Below are positions 20,768 to 30,116 of a stretch of DNA of 51,808 bases, piece after piece. A program made the translations under genes and the position numbers. Below the pieces are notes generated by a model that was not told the origin of the DNA, ran no database searches, and worked only from the letters and a program-made list of their open reading frames with translations. This DNA comes from Candidatus Omnitrophota bacterium (lineage in GTDB: Bacteria; Omnitrophota; Gorgyraeia; Aquiviventales; Aquiviventaceae). Each line of letters starts with the position of its first letter. The stretch's first letter is position 1. The stretch spans positions 1-51,808 of the forward strand of contig JAHFGT010000006.1 of the NCBI GenBank assembly GCA_023247275.1, in the 5' to 3' direction.

Positions 20768-20822
20768 ACCGCCAGGGACAACTCCGACCCTGGCGGTGTC
20801 GTCTGAAATTTTCATTATATCA
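20768..20822 (-). promoter_or_regulatory. cysC extended -10 promoter and 10-bp leader hairpin
   Basis: TGaTATAAT at 20822-20814; stem accgccaggg/ccctggcggt at 20768-20797 just before the RBS. Confidence 0.5.
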
Positions 20823-20857
20823 CGTCGACGGCTGTCTGTGGCGCCAACCGACCGCGT

Positions 20858-22942
20858 TTACCGATCGCGCACACTGGCTCCGCACCGCTCACGCAGCGCT
20901 TGGCCGATCCGTTGGTGCACGGCGTCGACTTGGGCCGCCGTCAGCGTCCGAGACGGATCACGATACTCGATCGAAAACGTCACACTCACCTGACCGACAG
21001 GAATCGGCGTGCCGTTGTACCGATCGATTAATGCGATCCGTGCCGCCAACGGATGGCCCACCTCCTGCACGACAGCCTGAATCGATTCGTACGGGGTGGC
21101 CTCATCGACCATCACCGACAGGTCGCGTTTGACCGCAGGCAACAACCCTGGCATCACGATTCGTCCAGCCGATGGCCGCAGGGCGACGAGCTGCTCGACC
21201 GACAACTCGGCGCACCAGAGCTCTTGCTCAATGTCGAGCGCCTTCGTAGTGGGGGGGCTCACTCGGCCGGCAACCCCAATGTCCTGACCGGCGACCTGAA
21301 GGCCAACGCCGACGTCCGCCCACGGCGCGGCGTGCGGCGCAAGCGTCACCGAACGATGACACAGCTGTTCAACGAGTGCGGCGATGACCCCTTTCAGACG
21401 AAACGCGTCGCCTGGCTCTCGGCCGCGCCAGTCGCGCGTCCACACGCCACACACGGCGATCCCAAGCCGCAGCTGTTCTCGACCCTGCTCCACGACCCGA
21501 CCAAGTTCGAACAGTCGCACGCCGTCTGCGCCCTGCGTCAGATTGCGGCGCACGGCCTGGGTCAGCCCCATCACCAGCGACGGACGCAGCACCGCATGGT
21601 CTTGACTTAAAGGGTTGACCAGCCGGGTCGCCTGACCAGGCTGATAGCCAAAGTGTCGCAGATCAGATTCCGACACCAAGGACCAGGTGATGGCTTCTTG
21701 CAACCCGACCGACGCGCACAAACGCCGGATGGCCTGCAGCTGGGCACCTCCGTCTTGCGAGACGCCCGGCGTCGGGACCACCGGCCGGATCGGCAGTCGG
21801 CTGGGCATGCGGTCATAGCCAATCAGGCGGGCGACTTCTTCGTAGACATCCACATCTGCGGCAAGATCCTGGCGATACGACGGCGGCGTGACGGCCAGCG
21901 CCTTCGACGAATCAGACGAGGCGACTCGACAGCCCAGCCGCGCGAGCGTCGTGCGAATGGTCGCCCCGTCGATCCGCATGCCAAGCCACGTACTCACGCG
22001 CTCCGCCTCCACCTTGATCATCGGGCGCGCCTTGGGTCGATCGCCCAGATCGCAGACCGCAACCTCTTCGCCGCCGGCGAGCTGGCGCATTAGCGACGCG
22101 GCGCGCGCTGAGGCGGCTTCGACCCCGGCCGGATCAACCCCGCGCTCAAATCGATACGACGAGTCGCTGGCCAATCCGAGCTGGCGGCCGGTTCGTCTGA
22201 TCGCGATCGGATCAAACCTCGCGCTTTCTAACAAGACCCGCGTCGTCTTCGGTGTGACCTCGCTGCCAACACCGCCCAGGATCCCGGCGACCGCCACCGG
22301 CCGCTGGCCATCAGCGATCACCAGCATCTCCACACGTAATTGTCGTGTCACGCCGTCGAGCGTGGTGATGGGTTCGTTGTGCCGCGCGCGCCGCACAATA
22401 ATCATGCCCTGCGCCAACTGGTCAAAATCAAACGCGTGCAGCGGTTGCCCGTATTCTAGCAGCACGTAATTCGTCATATCGACCACGTTACTAATCGGCC
22501 GCAGGCCGCAGGCAACCAACCGCCGCCGCATCCAATCAGGCGAAGGCCCCACCTTCACCTCGGCGATGAGCCGCCCAATATAGCGGGAACAGCCCTGTTG
22601 GTCCTCAATCTGTATCACCGGCTTAGCCGGAGCGCTGCGGACGTTTGGCCGCCGCTTGACTTGTCGTTGGTCGCTTGCCGGCCCCGAGCCGTGTCGAGGG
22701 GTCGCTGGTCGCCGAGAAATCATGCGCCGTCCCCCAGTAATCGCCGCGACCTCGCGCGCCACGCCGATGATCGACAACCAATCCGGCCGATTCGGGGTAA
22801 TTTCCAGATCGAACACCGGCCCGATCTCCGATTCTTCGATCGCCACGACCTCAAGCCCGGCCATCGTCAGCCGCTCAGCCAGCGCCTTCGCCGCCAGCCG
22901 AATCGTCACAAACTCCTTGAGCCATTCCAGCGGGACTTTCAT
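20858..22942 (-). CDS. pheT: Phenylalanine-tRNA ligase beta subunit, short form
   Basis: MKVPLEWLKE, EITPNRPD, TNYVLLEYGQPLHAFD, SSYRFERG, EEVARLIGY, C-terminal FDX-ACB domain. Confidence 0.95.
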   Translation of the reverse strand: MKVPLEWLKEFVTIRLAAKALAERLTMAGLEVVAIEESEIGPVFDLEITPNRPDWLSIIGVAREVAAITGGRRMISRRPATPRHGSGPASDQRQVKRRPNVRSAPAKPVIQIEDQQGCSRYIGRLIAEVKVGPSPDWMRRRLVACGLRPISNVVDMTNYVLLEYGQPLHAFDFDQLAQGMIIVRRARHNEPITTLDGVTRQLRVEMLVIADGQRPVAVAGILGGVGSEVTPKTTRVLLESARFDPIAIRRTGRQLGLASDSSYRFERGVDPAGVEAASARAASLMRQLAGGEEVAVCDLGDRPKARPMIKVEAERVSTWLGMRIDGATIRTTLARLGCRVASSDSSKALAVTPPSYRQDLAADVDVYEEVARLIGYDRMPSRLPIRPVVPTPGVSQDGGAQLQAIRRLCASVGLQEAITWSLVSESDLRHFGYQPGQATRLVNPLSQDHAVLRPSLVMGLTQAVRRNLTQGADGVRLFELGRVVEQGREQLRLGIAVCGVWTRDWRGREPGDAFRLKGVIAALVEQLCHRSVTLAPHAAPWADVGVGLQVAGQDIGVAGRVSPPTTKALDIEQELWCAELSVEQLVALRPSAGRIVMPGLLPAVKRDLSVMVDEATPYESIQAVVQEVGHPLAARIALIDRYNGTPIPVGQVSVTFSIEYRDPSRTLTAAQVDAVHQRIGQALRERCGASVRDR

Positions 22943-23124
22943 GAGCTCCGTGTCATCTCAACGACATGTTCGAGGTAGCGGCGGATGTCGATGATGCTGT
23001 TGGCGATGCGGTCACTCAGACCGATACACATCTTTGCGAGGCTGGATGTCATCGACGTAGACCTGGCGACGGGGTCGCTCCACCGCGTAGACAATCCAGG
23101 AGTCGCCAAGACGGTACCGGTCAT
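22939..23124 (-). CDS. Small ORF or gene remnant between pheS and pheT
   Basis: 61 aa; GGAG RBS; stop overlaps the pheT ATG (ATGA); faint resemblance to the HepT/DUF86 C-terminus. Confidence 0.3.
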   Translation of the reverse strand: MTGTVLATPGLSTRWSDPVARSTSMTSSLAKMCIGLSDRIANSIIDIRRYLEHVVEMTRSS

Positions 23125-23181
23125 CGTGCTCTCCGTCTGTCTGTGAGCCGCTTGATTTCTGGAGCGGTCGTCCCCCGTCCC

Positions 23182-24231
23182 TTAGAACTGCGCCAGGAAC
23201 CGCAGGTCGTTCTCGAAGAAGAGGCGAATGTCAACGATGCCGTGCTGGAGCATCGCGATGCGCTCAACGCCCATCCCAAAGGCGAATCCTTGCACGCGTT
23301 TGGGATCATAGCCGACCGCCTTGAACACATTCGGATGGACCATGCCGCAGCCCATGATCTCGAGCCAGCCTTTGCGCCCGCACGTCGAGCAGCCGGCTCC
23401 CTCACACGCGGCGCAGGCGATATCGACTTCGGCGGATGGCTCTGTGAAGGGGAAGAAGTGTGGTCGAAATCGTGTGCGGGTCTGTTCGCCAAACAGCGCT
23501 TTCAGGAAGTGGTCCAACACGCCTTTGAGATCGGCGAATGATGTTCGACCATCGACGAACAGCCCCTCCACCTGATGAAACATGAAGCTGTGGCTCGGGT
23601 CGAGCGGATCTGGCCGGTACACTTTGCCCGGCACGATGACCGCTAATGGCGGCTGGCGCTGTTCCATGACGCGGATTTGGACCGGCGAGGTATGGCTGCG
23701 CAACACTAGCCGCCCTTTCTTTGGCTCTGGCGAGGGCCCCTCGACGAAGAACGTATCGAACGACTCGCGCGAGGGATGCTCGCGCGGGATATTCAGCGCA
23801 TCGAAGTTGTAGTATTCGAACTCCACCTCTGGCCCATCGGCGATCTCGAACCCCATCGTCACGAAGAGCGAGCGGATGGTCTCGATGGTCTGCGTAATCG
23901 GATGCAGTCGACCGATCGGGATCGCGCTGCCTGGGAGCGTGAGGTCCATCGTGGGACGGACTGGGATGGCCGCTAGCGTCCGTTGCCGCTCAGCGAGGCG
24001 CGCCTCTACCACCCGCTTCGCGTCGTTGGCGCGCTGACCGACCGCGGCGCGCTGGTCAACGGCCAGGGTCGGCACACTGCGGAGGATGTCGGTCAACCGG
24101 CTTTTGCGCCCAAGGAAGGTGACGCGGGCGCGCTCTAATTCGGCGCTGGTGCGAGCGCTCTCGATGGCAGCAATCGCTTCGGTCTGGAGCCGGTCGACGT
24201 GCTGGAGCGCATCAGCCCCGTCAATCATCAC
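23182..24231 (-). CDS. pheS: Phenylalanine-tRNA ligase alpha subunit
   Basis: NFDALN, LRSHTSPVQ, FHQVEG, FPFTEPSAE, GFAFGMGVER. Confidence 0.97.
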   Translation of the reverse strand: MMIDGADALQHVDRLQTEAIAAIESARTSAELERARVTFLGRKSRLTDILRSVPTLAVDQRAAVGQRANDAKRVVEARLAERQRTLAAIPVRPTMDLTLPGSAIPIGRLHPITQTIETIRSLFVTMGFEIADGPEVEFEYYNFDALNIPREHPSRESFDTFFVEGPSPEPKKGRLVLRSHTSPVQIRVMEQRQPPLAVIVPGKVYRPDPLDPSHSFMFHQVEGLFVDGRTSFADLKGVLDHFLKALFGEQTRTRFRPHFFPFTEPSAEVDIACAACEGAGCSTCGRKGWLEIMGCGMVHPNVFKAVGYDPKRVQGFAFGMGVERIAMLQHGIVDIRLFFENDLRFLAQF

Positions 24232-24243
24232 GGCCGAGACACT

Positions 24244-26190
24244 TCATGCGGCGGTCCTGGCCATGCCTTTCCCGGTGAAGATCCACACCCGGCCAGGGGC
24301 GTTGTGGATGACATACTCGACGGTTGTTCCCAGCGCGGCGCGCCCTGGCGCCAGCGGACGCGGACGGGCCCCGAGGATAATGACATCATACCCGCCTTCC
24401 TTGGCGATTTCGACGATCGTCTCACCGGCGAACCGGGCCTGCTTGACCTGCGCGTCGACCGGAATTTCGTACTCGCGGGCGATCGCTTGCGCGTGCTGCA
24501 TCACCGAGTCTGCCGCCGACAATTTTTCAGGGAAAAACGTGTCCAGCGGCAGCGAGGGAGGAATCTCGATGACATGCAGGGCGGTGACATCCGCGCCATG
24601 GACCTTCGCCAAATTGGCGGCGAACTGGATGATTTCACTTGTATACGGATCGGTGGTTGGCACCAAGATCTTCTTGAGGCGCGTATGTTGGTAGTCCGGG
24701 ATGTGCACCCGCTCGAGTTCGATTCGGCCAGCGGCGGGGAGCTTTTGCGCGTGCCGATACCAGAAGTAGCACGCCAACCCAGCCCCCATCCAGAGGAATC
24801 CCAAGTTGCGTCCAGCCGGCTTGGTGAGGATGACATCGACCCAGACCGCTGCCGTCCCGACCAGCCCGAGGATCGCCGTGAAGGGAAGCTCATAGCCACG
24901 GATCCGAATCGGCCAGCCGATTTTAAAGGGCCGGTGCAGGCCTGGCTGGCGCATGCGCAAGCCTAAGAGCGAGAGGTGGGCGAGCGCAAACGACAGCATC
25001 GCGCCGAAGTTGTACAGGTCGGCGATATGGGTCAACCGTTGCGCGACCATCACGATCGCCGCCGCGATGACGGTGAAGGCGATCAGCGAGACATACGGGG
25101 TTTTGTATCGCGGATGCAGCCGGTAGAAAATCCGCGGGAGCGTAAAATGCTCGCTCATCGCAAAGGTCAGCCGCGAGGCGCCGATCAGACCCGCGTTGGC
25201 AGCCACGAACAGGATCGTCCCGCCCAATAACCCGACCCAGGGCGCCAAATATTGCCGGCCGAACGGCATCGAAGACGCGATGCCCGCGATCGGATCCTCC
25301 AGGTAATACGTGGTCAACTCATTCGGGCTCAGGGCGGACAAGGCGATGGACGAGATGCCAAAGTACAGCACCAGCAGCGTCACCATCGTTCCCATCATCG
25401 CGCGCGGGATGGTACGATCCGGATGGCGAGCTTCCCCCGCCAGCTGGGAAATCGATTCGATCCCGATGTAGGCGACCATCGCCATCCCGACCCCTTTGAG
25501 AAACTGCGGCCAGGATGGTGACCACGACACGCCGGCCACGCCGATCTGCATCCCGACCCACAGCTGACGCAAATGCGCGAGGAAGTGCGCGGGATGGGCG
25601 ATCTCCAGCACGAACACCACCCCCAGCGTAATGATGACGAGTTGGGTGGCGATGTCGAAGAGACACAACAACAGCGAGATGCGCGTGGATTCCTTCACGC
25701 CGATCAGGTTCAACATCAGCAGCACGCCAAGCACGCCGAGCGTACAGATCACATTGACGCCGGCATGCGCTGTCATCGCCGCGTCCAGCGCGGGAAACAG
25801 GTTCGCCAAGTACGGGCCGATGGAATACGCGGAGATCGCGATCGTCACGATGTAGTCGAGGAGGAGTGCCCACCCGGCGATGAAGGAGAGCAGGTCGTTG
25901 AACGCATGGCGGGCAAAGCTGCACGACCCGCCGGATTCTGGCATGGCGGTGGACAGCTCGGTGTAGGTCAGTACCGTGCAGAAGAAGACGATTCCGGCTA
26001 ACGCCAGCGCCAGGGGTGTGGCCCCAAGCGCGTACAGCGCGGTGACCCCCAGCGCGTAATAGATGGACGAGCCTACGTCCCCATAGCCGATGGCATACAG
26101 CTGGGGCGCGTGCAGCACGCGGTGCAAGTTGCCCTTATCAACCACGGTTACACGGGATGAGGGCGGCTCGGAGAAATCGATCGACCCCAT
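24244..26190 (-). CDS. APC-family amino acid permease fused to a C-terminal universal stress protein domain
   Basis: VGSSIYY, ESGGS, AYIGIESISQLAGE, about 12 TM; C-terminal KILVPT...LHVIE...DVIILGA...LGTTVEYV. Confidence 0.9.
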   Translation of the reverse strand: MGSIDFSEPPSSRVTVVDKGNLHRVLHAPQLYAIGYGDVGSSIYYALGVTALYALGATPLALALAGIVFFCTVLTYTELSTAMPESGGSCSFARHAFNDLLSFIAGWALLLDYIVTIAISAYSIGPYLANLFPALDAAMTAHAGVNVICTLGVLGVLLMLNLIGVKESTRISLLLCLFDIATQLVIITLGVVFVLEIAHPAHFLAHLRQLWVGMQIGVAGVSWSPSWPQFLKGVGMAMVAYIGIESISQLAGEARHPDRTIPRAMMGTMVTLLVLYFGISSIALSALSPNELTTYYLEDPIAGIASSMPFGRQYLAPWVGLLGGTILFVAANAGLIGASRLTFAMSEHFTLPRIFYRLHPRYKTPYVSLIAFTVIAAAIVMVAQRLTHIADLYNFGAMLSFALAHLSLLGLRMRQPGLHRPFKIGWPIRIRGYELPFTAILGLVGTAAVWVDVILTKPAGRNLGFLWMGAGLACYFWYRHAQKLPAAGRIELERVHIPDYQHTRLKKILVPTTDPYTSEIIQFAANLAKVHGADVTALHVIEIPPSLPLDTFFPEKLSAADSVMQHAQAIAREYEIPVDAQVKQARFAGETIVEIAKEGGYDVIILGARPRPLAPGRAALGTTVEYVIHNAPGRVWIFTGKGMARTAA

Positions 26191-26213
26191 GGGTCGCCGG
26201 ATCCTTGAGGTGG

Positions 26214-26564
26214 TTAGTTGTTGGTGGCGTGCGCGACGAGCTGGTCAAACGCCGCGTGATCGTTGATCGCCAACTCTGACAACTGCTTGCGATTCAGCGC
26301 AACGTTGGCCTTGCGCAGCGCGGCCATGAGCTGGCTATACGTCAGCCCTCGTTGGCGGGCCGCTGCATTCAGCCGAATCACCCACACGTGTCGAAATTCG
26401 CGCTTGCGGGCCTTGCGGTCTCTGGTCGCGTACACCTTGGCCCGCATCAGCGTCTCTTTGGCCTTCAACAGATGCAGCCTTCGCCCGCCCCGGTACCCCT
26501 TGGCTTGCTTGAGCACCGCTTTGCGGCGGCGGCGAGATGCAACCGCCCATTTGACTTTCGCCAT
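26214..26564 (-). CDS. rplT: 50S ribosomal protein L20
   Basis: AKGYRG, RDRKARKREFR, RLNAAAR, LNRKQLSELA. Confidence 0.97.
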   Translation of the reverse strand: MAKVKWAVASRRRRKAVLKQAKGYRGGRRLHLLKAKETLMRAKVYATRDRKARKREFRHVWVIRLNAAARQRGLTYSQLMAALRKANVALNRKQLSELAINDHAAFDQLVAHATNN

Positions 26565-26616
26565 CACACCCTCCCTCTGCCTTCAGCCGCTTATGGATTC
26601 GTGAGCGGTTTCCTCT

Positions 26617-26814
26617 TCACAGGTACGGGATCAGCGTCTTGATCTTCCGCGCATCCACCTGCTGCAAGGTCTGCGGGCGCCGCAAGTGCCGCTTGATCTT
26701 CGACCGTTTCCCGACGAGCAGATGCCGTCGACCAGCCCGATAGCCGACTAGCTTGCCGGTCCCGGTCACCTTGAGTCGAGCTTTCACCCCTTTGACCGTC
26801 TTCAGTTTCGCCAT
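26617..26814 (-). CDS. rpmI: 50S ribosomal protein L35
   Basis: MAKLKT...KVTGTGK...RHLL; position between infC and rplT. Confidence 0.95.
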   Translation of the reverse strand: MAKLKTVKGVKARLKVTGTGKLVGYRAGRRHLLVGKRSKIKRHLRRPQTLQQVDARKIKTLIPYL

Positions 26815-26819
26815 GGCAG

Positions 26820-27476
26820 TTAGGCCCCTTCTGCTTTGCCTCGTCCAGCATCCACCGGCGCGGCTGGCGATGTCCCGCCGGTCCCTGGGTCGCCTGCCGG
26901 CCGACCGGCGGCTGAGCCGGACTTCCCAGATCGTTGCCGAGCCGTTTCGCGCTCCAGCCGCTTGATCTTATCGCGGTCAGGCCCGAACACCATCGTCATA
27001 AACCGTCCGTCCAGGATCGGGGTGCGCTCGACCTTGCTGATCGGCCTGAGTTCTTCGATGAGCCGGTCGAGAATTCGGCGCCCGAGCTCGGTATGCGCCA
27101 ACTCGCGGCCTCGGTACACCATCGTCACCTTGGCCTGGTCGCCGCGCATGAGAAACCGTTTGAGCATGTTCAATTTCACTCGATAGTCGTGCTCTTCAAT
27201 ATGCGGCTTGAATTTGACTTCTTTCAGTTTGGCCACGTGATGCTTTTTCTTGGCCTCGCGCTCACGACGTTGTTCATCGTAACGAAACTTGTTGAAATCC
27301 AAGATCCGGCAGACCGGCGGCGTTTCGTTCGGGGCGACTTCAACCAGATCCAACCCTTTCTCGCGAGCGAGCCGGATCGCATCCGATGGAGCCATCACGC
27401 CCAGCTGGGCTCCGTCCTCGCCAATCACCCGAACCTGTGCAATTCGGATCCGCTCATTCACCCGCCACTGTCTCAA
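26820..27476 (-). CDS. infC: Translation initiation factor IF-3
   Basis: VNERIR, LDLVEVAP, PPVCRILD, KEVKFKP, YRGRE; TTG start behind AGGAGG. Confidence 0.96.
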   Translation of the reverse strand: MRQWRVNERIRIAQVRVIGEDGAQLGVMAPSDAIRLAREKGLDLVEVAPNETPPVCRILDFNKFRYDEQRREREAKKKHHVAKLKEVKFKPHIEEHDYRVKLNMLKRFLMRGDQAKVTMVYRGRELAHTELGRRILDRLIEELRPISKVERTPILDGRFMTMVFGPDRDKIKRLERETARQRSGKSGSAAGRPAGDPGTGGTSPAAPVDAGRGKAEGA

Positions 27477-27498
27477 CCGGTCCTCCTGTGTCGAGCCG

Positions 27499-29256
27499 CT
27501 AACTGACGCGCCGGCTCACGCTTTCGTCGCGAACCCGCTGCGCGAACGCCTCCAGCGGCATCGCGCCCAGGTCGCCTTCCCGACGGTGCCGCACCGCCAC
27601 CGTGCCGGCTTGGGCTTCTCGCCCGCCGACAACGGCCATATACGGAATCTGCTGCAATTGGGCATCACGGATCTTGGCCTGCATCTTATCGTTGCGATCG
27701 TCGAGCTGCGCGCGCAGCTCGTGCTGACTGAGCGTGTCGACCACGCGCCGACCATAGTCCACAAACTTCTCGCTGATCGGCACGACGACCACCTGCACCG
27801 GCGAGAGCCAGACCGGCAACGCCCCGGCATACTGTTCGATCAGCATCCCAAAGAACCGCTCAACGCTGCCCAACAGCGCGCGATGCACCATGATCGTCCG
27901 ATGTGCTTTGCCGTCCGCGCCGGCATAGGTCAGGTCAAACCGCTCGGGCAACGCAAAGTCGCACTGGATCGTGCCGCATTGCCAGCTCCGGCCGATCGCG
28001 TCTTTGATCTTGATGTCGATCTTCGGGCCGTAGAATGCGCCTTCGCCTTCGTGGACCGTAAACGCGATTCCACGCGCGGCCAGTGCCTCGCGCAATGCGC
28101 TTTCGGCATGCTCCCACGACTGCGCGCTGCCAATGGCCTTGTCCGGCTTGGTCGACAGCTCGATCTCATACTCGGTAAATCCAAACGTCTGCATCACCTC
28201 GAATTCGAACTCCAGGATCCGCTCGATCTCCTCCACGAGCTGGTCCTCCCGCAGAAAGATGTGCGCGTCATCCTGCGTAAACCCGCGAACGCGCAGCAAT
28301 CCATGCAGCACCCCGGACTTTTCTTGTCGGTAGACGGTGCCCAATTCGAAGTAGCGCATCGGCAGGTCCCGATAACTGCGCAGCGTCGAGTTGTAGATGA
28401 GAATATGCCCTGGACAGTTCATCGGCTTGATGCCGTACTGCTGCTCTTCCGACTCGAACAGGTACATGTAGTCTTTGTAGTACTCCATGTGCCCGGACTT
28501 CTTCCAGATGTCGGTGCGGAAGATATGCGGCGTAGCCACCAGCTCGTACCCGCGCTTGAGATGTTGTTCGCGAATGTACTCCTCGATGAGCAGCCGTAGC
28601 CGCGCGCCCTTGGGGTGATAGAACACCACCCCTGGCCCGGCCAATTCCTGGAAACTGAACAGACCCAGCTCTGTGCCCAACCGCCGGTGATCGCGCCGCT
28701 TGGCTTCTTCGAGCCGTTTGAGATGTGCCTCGAGTTCGGCCGCCGAGTTGTACGCGGTCCCGTAAATGCGTTGCAGTTGCGGTTGGTGCTCGTCGCCGCG
28801 CCAATACGCGCCGGCCAAGCTGAGCAACTTGACGGCCTTGATGTCTGCTGTCGTCCCGACGTGCGGCCCCTCGCACAGGTCGAGAAATTCGCCGTCGGTG
28901 TACAGCGAGACTCGGCTGTCCTGGATGCCCTCGATGATCTCGACTTTGAACCGCTCACCCTGCTCGCGGAAATACGTGATCGCTTCGTCCTTGCCCATGT
29001 AGGACCGCTCGAACCGATGGCCCTCTTTGATGATCTTGGCCATCTCGGCCTCGATCTTCGGCAGATCCTCGTCGGTCAACTTCACCGGCAGATCCAAGTC
29101 ATAGTAAAACCCCTCCTCGATCGGCGGGCCGATCGCGAGCTTGGTCTGCGGATGCAGCCGCCGCACCGCCTGCGCCATCACGTGCGCGGCGCTATGCCGC
29201 AGCGCGTACAGCGGATCCTGGGCTTTGCGTTCTTCTTTCTGCCCTGCGTGCCCCAT
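27499..29256 (-). CDS. thrS: Threonine-tRNA ligase, short form without the N-terminal TGS domain
   Basis: RHSAAH, DLCEGPH, GAYWRG, RDHR, KPMNCPGH, FYGPKID. Confidence 0.97.
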   Translation of the reverse strand: MGHAGQKEERKAQDPLYALRHSAAHVMAQAVRRLHPQTKLAIGPPIEEGFYYDLDLPVKLTDEDLPKIEAEMAKIIKEGHRFERSYMGKDEAITYFREQGERFKVEIIEGIQDSRVSLYTDGEFLDLCEGPHVGTTADIKAVKLLSLAGAYWRGDEHQPQLQRIYGTAYNSAAELEAHLKRLEEAKRRDHRRLGTELGLFSFQELAGPGVVFYHPKGARLRLLIEEYIREQHLKRGYELVATPHIFRTDIWKKSGHMEYYKDYMYLFESEEQQYGIKPMNCPGHILIYNSTLRSYRDLPMRYFELGTVYRQEKSGVLHGLLRVRGFTQDDAHIFLREDQLVEEIERILEFEFEVMQTFGFTEYEIELSTKPDKAIGSAQSWEHAESALREALAARGIAFTVHEGEGAFYGPKIDIKIKDAIGRSWQCGTIQCDFALPERFDLTYAGADGKAHRTIMVHRALLGSVERFFGMLIEQYAGALPVWLSPVQVVVVPISEKFVDYGRRVVDTLSQHELRAQLDDRNDKMQAKIRDAQLQQIPYMAVVGGREAQAGTVAVRHRREGDLGAMPLEAFAQRVRDESVSRRVS

Positions 29257-29284
29257 GCCTCGTTCACCAGCTCCGGATTCTAAA

Positions 29285-29358
29285 TGGGCGGTAGAGGGTT
29301 CGAACCTCTGACCTCCGCGATGTCAACGCGGCGCTCTAACCAGCTGAGCTAACCGCCC
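29285..29358 (-). tRNA. tRNA-Val(GAC)
   Basis: Cloverleaf; anticodon arm ccgcg-ttGACat-cgcgg; GGTTCGAA T-loop. Confidence 0.95.
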
Positions 29359-29405
29359 TCGAGAACTCGTTACCGTTGTCGCTCCAACTCCCACGACGAT
29401 AAAAA

Positions 29406-29490
29406 TGCCGGGGGTGGGAGTCGAACCCACATGCCCTTTCGGGCACATGATTTTAAGTCATGCGCGTCTAGCCAGTTGCGCCACCCCGGC
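29406..29490 (-). tRNA. tRNA-Leu(TAA)
   Basis: Anticodon arm catga-ctTAAaa-tcatg; long variable arm. Confidence 0.95.
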
Positions 29491-29521
29491 TCTTTTGGTG
29501 TTTCCCGCATACCGACGGAAA

Positions 29522-29593
29522 AGGCGGCGATCGGAATCGAACCGATGTATAAGGGTTTTGCAGACCCTCGCCTTACCACTTGGCTACGCCGCC
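29522..29593 (-). tRNA. tRNA-Cys(GCA)
   Basis: Anticodon arm agggt-ctGCAaa-accct; U discriminator. Confidence 0.95.
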
Positions 29594-29665
29594 CAGGAGT
29601 GACGGCCGTTGGGTTGACAACAGAGCGACGTGGAATCTACGGGGATCCATGCCTGTAGCGGACGA

Positions 29666-30115
29666 TCAAATCTCGCCGTCGGATTGGAATTCCACCTGGC
29701 CACCGACGCGGAGGACATTGACCCCGTCAGGGTGGTTGTGGTCCTTGTCCTCGACGATGGCATCGGTGGATCGGCTCGCAGGCGATAAGCCGGTGTGGTA
29801 CTCGTAATCTCCGGCAGCCGCCGAGGCAGGGGCGGCACTCGCGGAGGACGGGCACTTGAACACCTCCAAATCGTCGACATATTTGTCATAGAGCGCATCC
29901 AGCGACGGTGGGTACTGCTCGTTGTGATCGTCGCGGTACCCGGAGATCGCATAGAAAATCTGTTTCAGGTTGTTCTGACATTTTGAGCGCCGTGCCTTCT
30001 CGCGCATTTTCATCGCCCCAGGCGCCAACAACCCGATCAAGATTCCAATAATGGCAATCACAACCAACAGCTCAATGAGGGTAAACCCGGATCGGGATCG
30101 CATCTGCTGGCGCAT
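29666..30115 (-). CDS. Prepilin-type N-methylation domain protein (PVC-type, DUF1559-like)
   Basis: [19 protein letters not shown]...[16 protein letters not shown]; C-terminal H-x9-GG; AGGAG RBS before ATG 30115. Confidence 0.88.
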   Translation of the reverse strand: MRQQMRSRSGFTLIELLVVIAIIGILIGLLAPGAMKMREKARRSKCQNNLKQIFYAISGYRDDHNEQYPPSLDALYDKYVDDLEVFKCPSSASAAPASAAAGDYEYHTGLSPASRSTDAIVEDKDHNHPDGVNVLRVGGQVEFQSDGEI

Positions 30116-30116
30116 C

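Noticed and set aside
20768-20797. SAM or other riboswitch before cysC
   Set aside because: Only one simple hairpin in a short leader, with no recognisable aptamer
29257-29665. Small ORFs or a T-box upstream of thrS
   Set aside because: The region is filled by three tRNA genes and no T-box motif was seen
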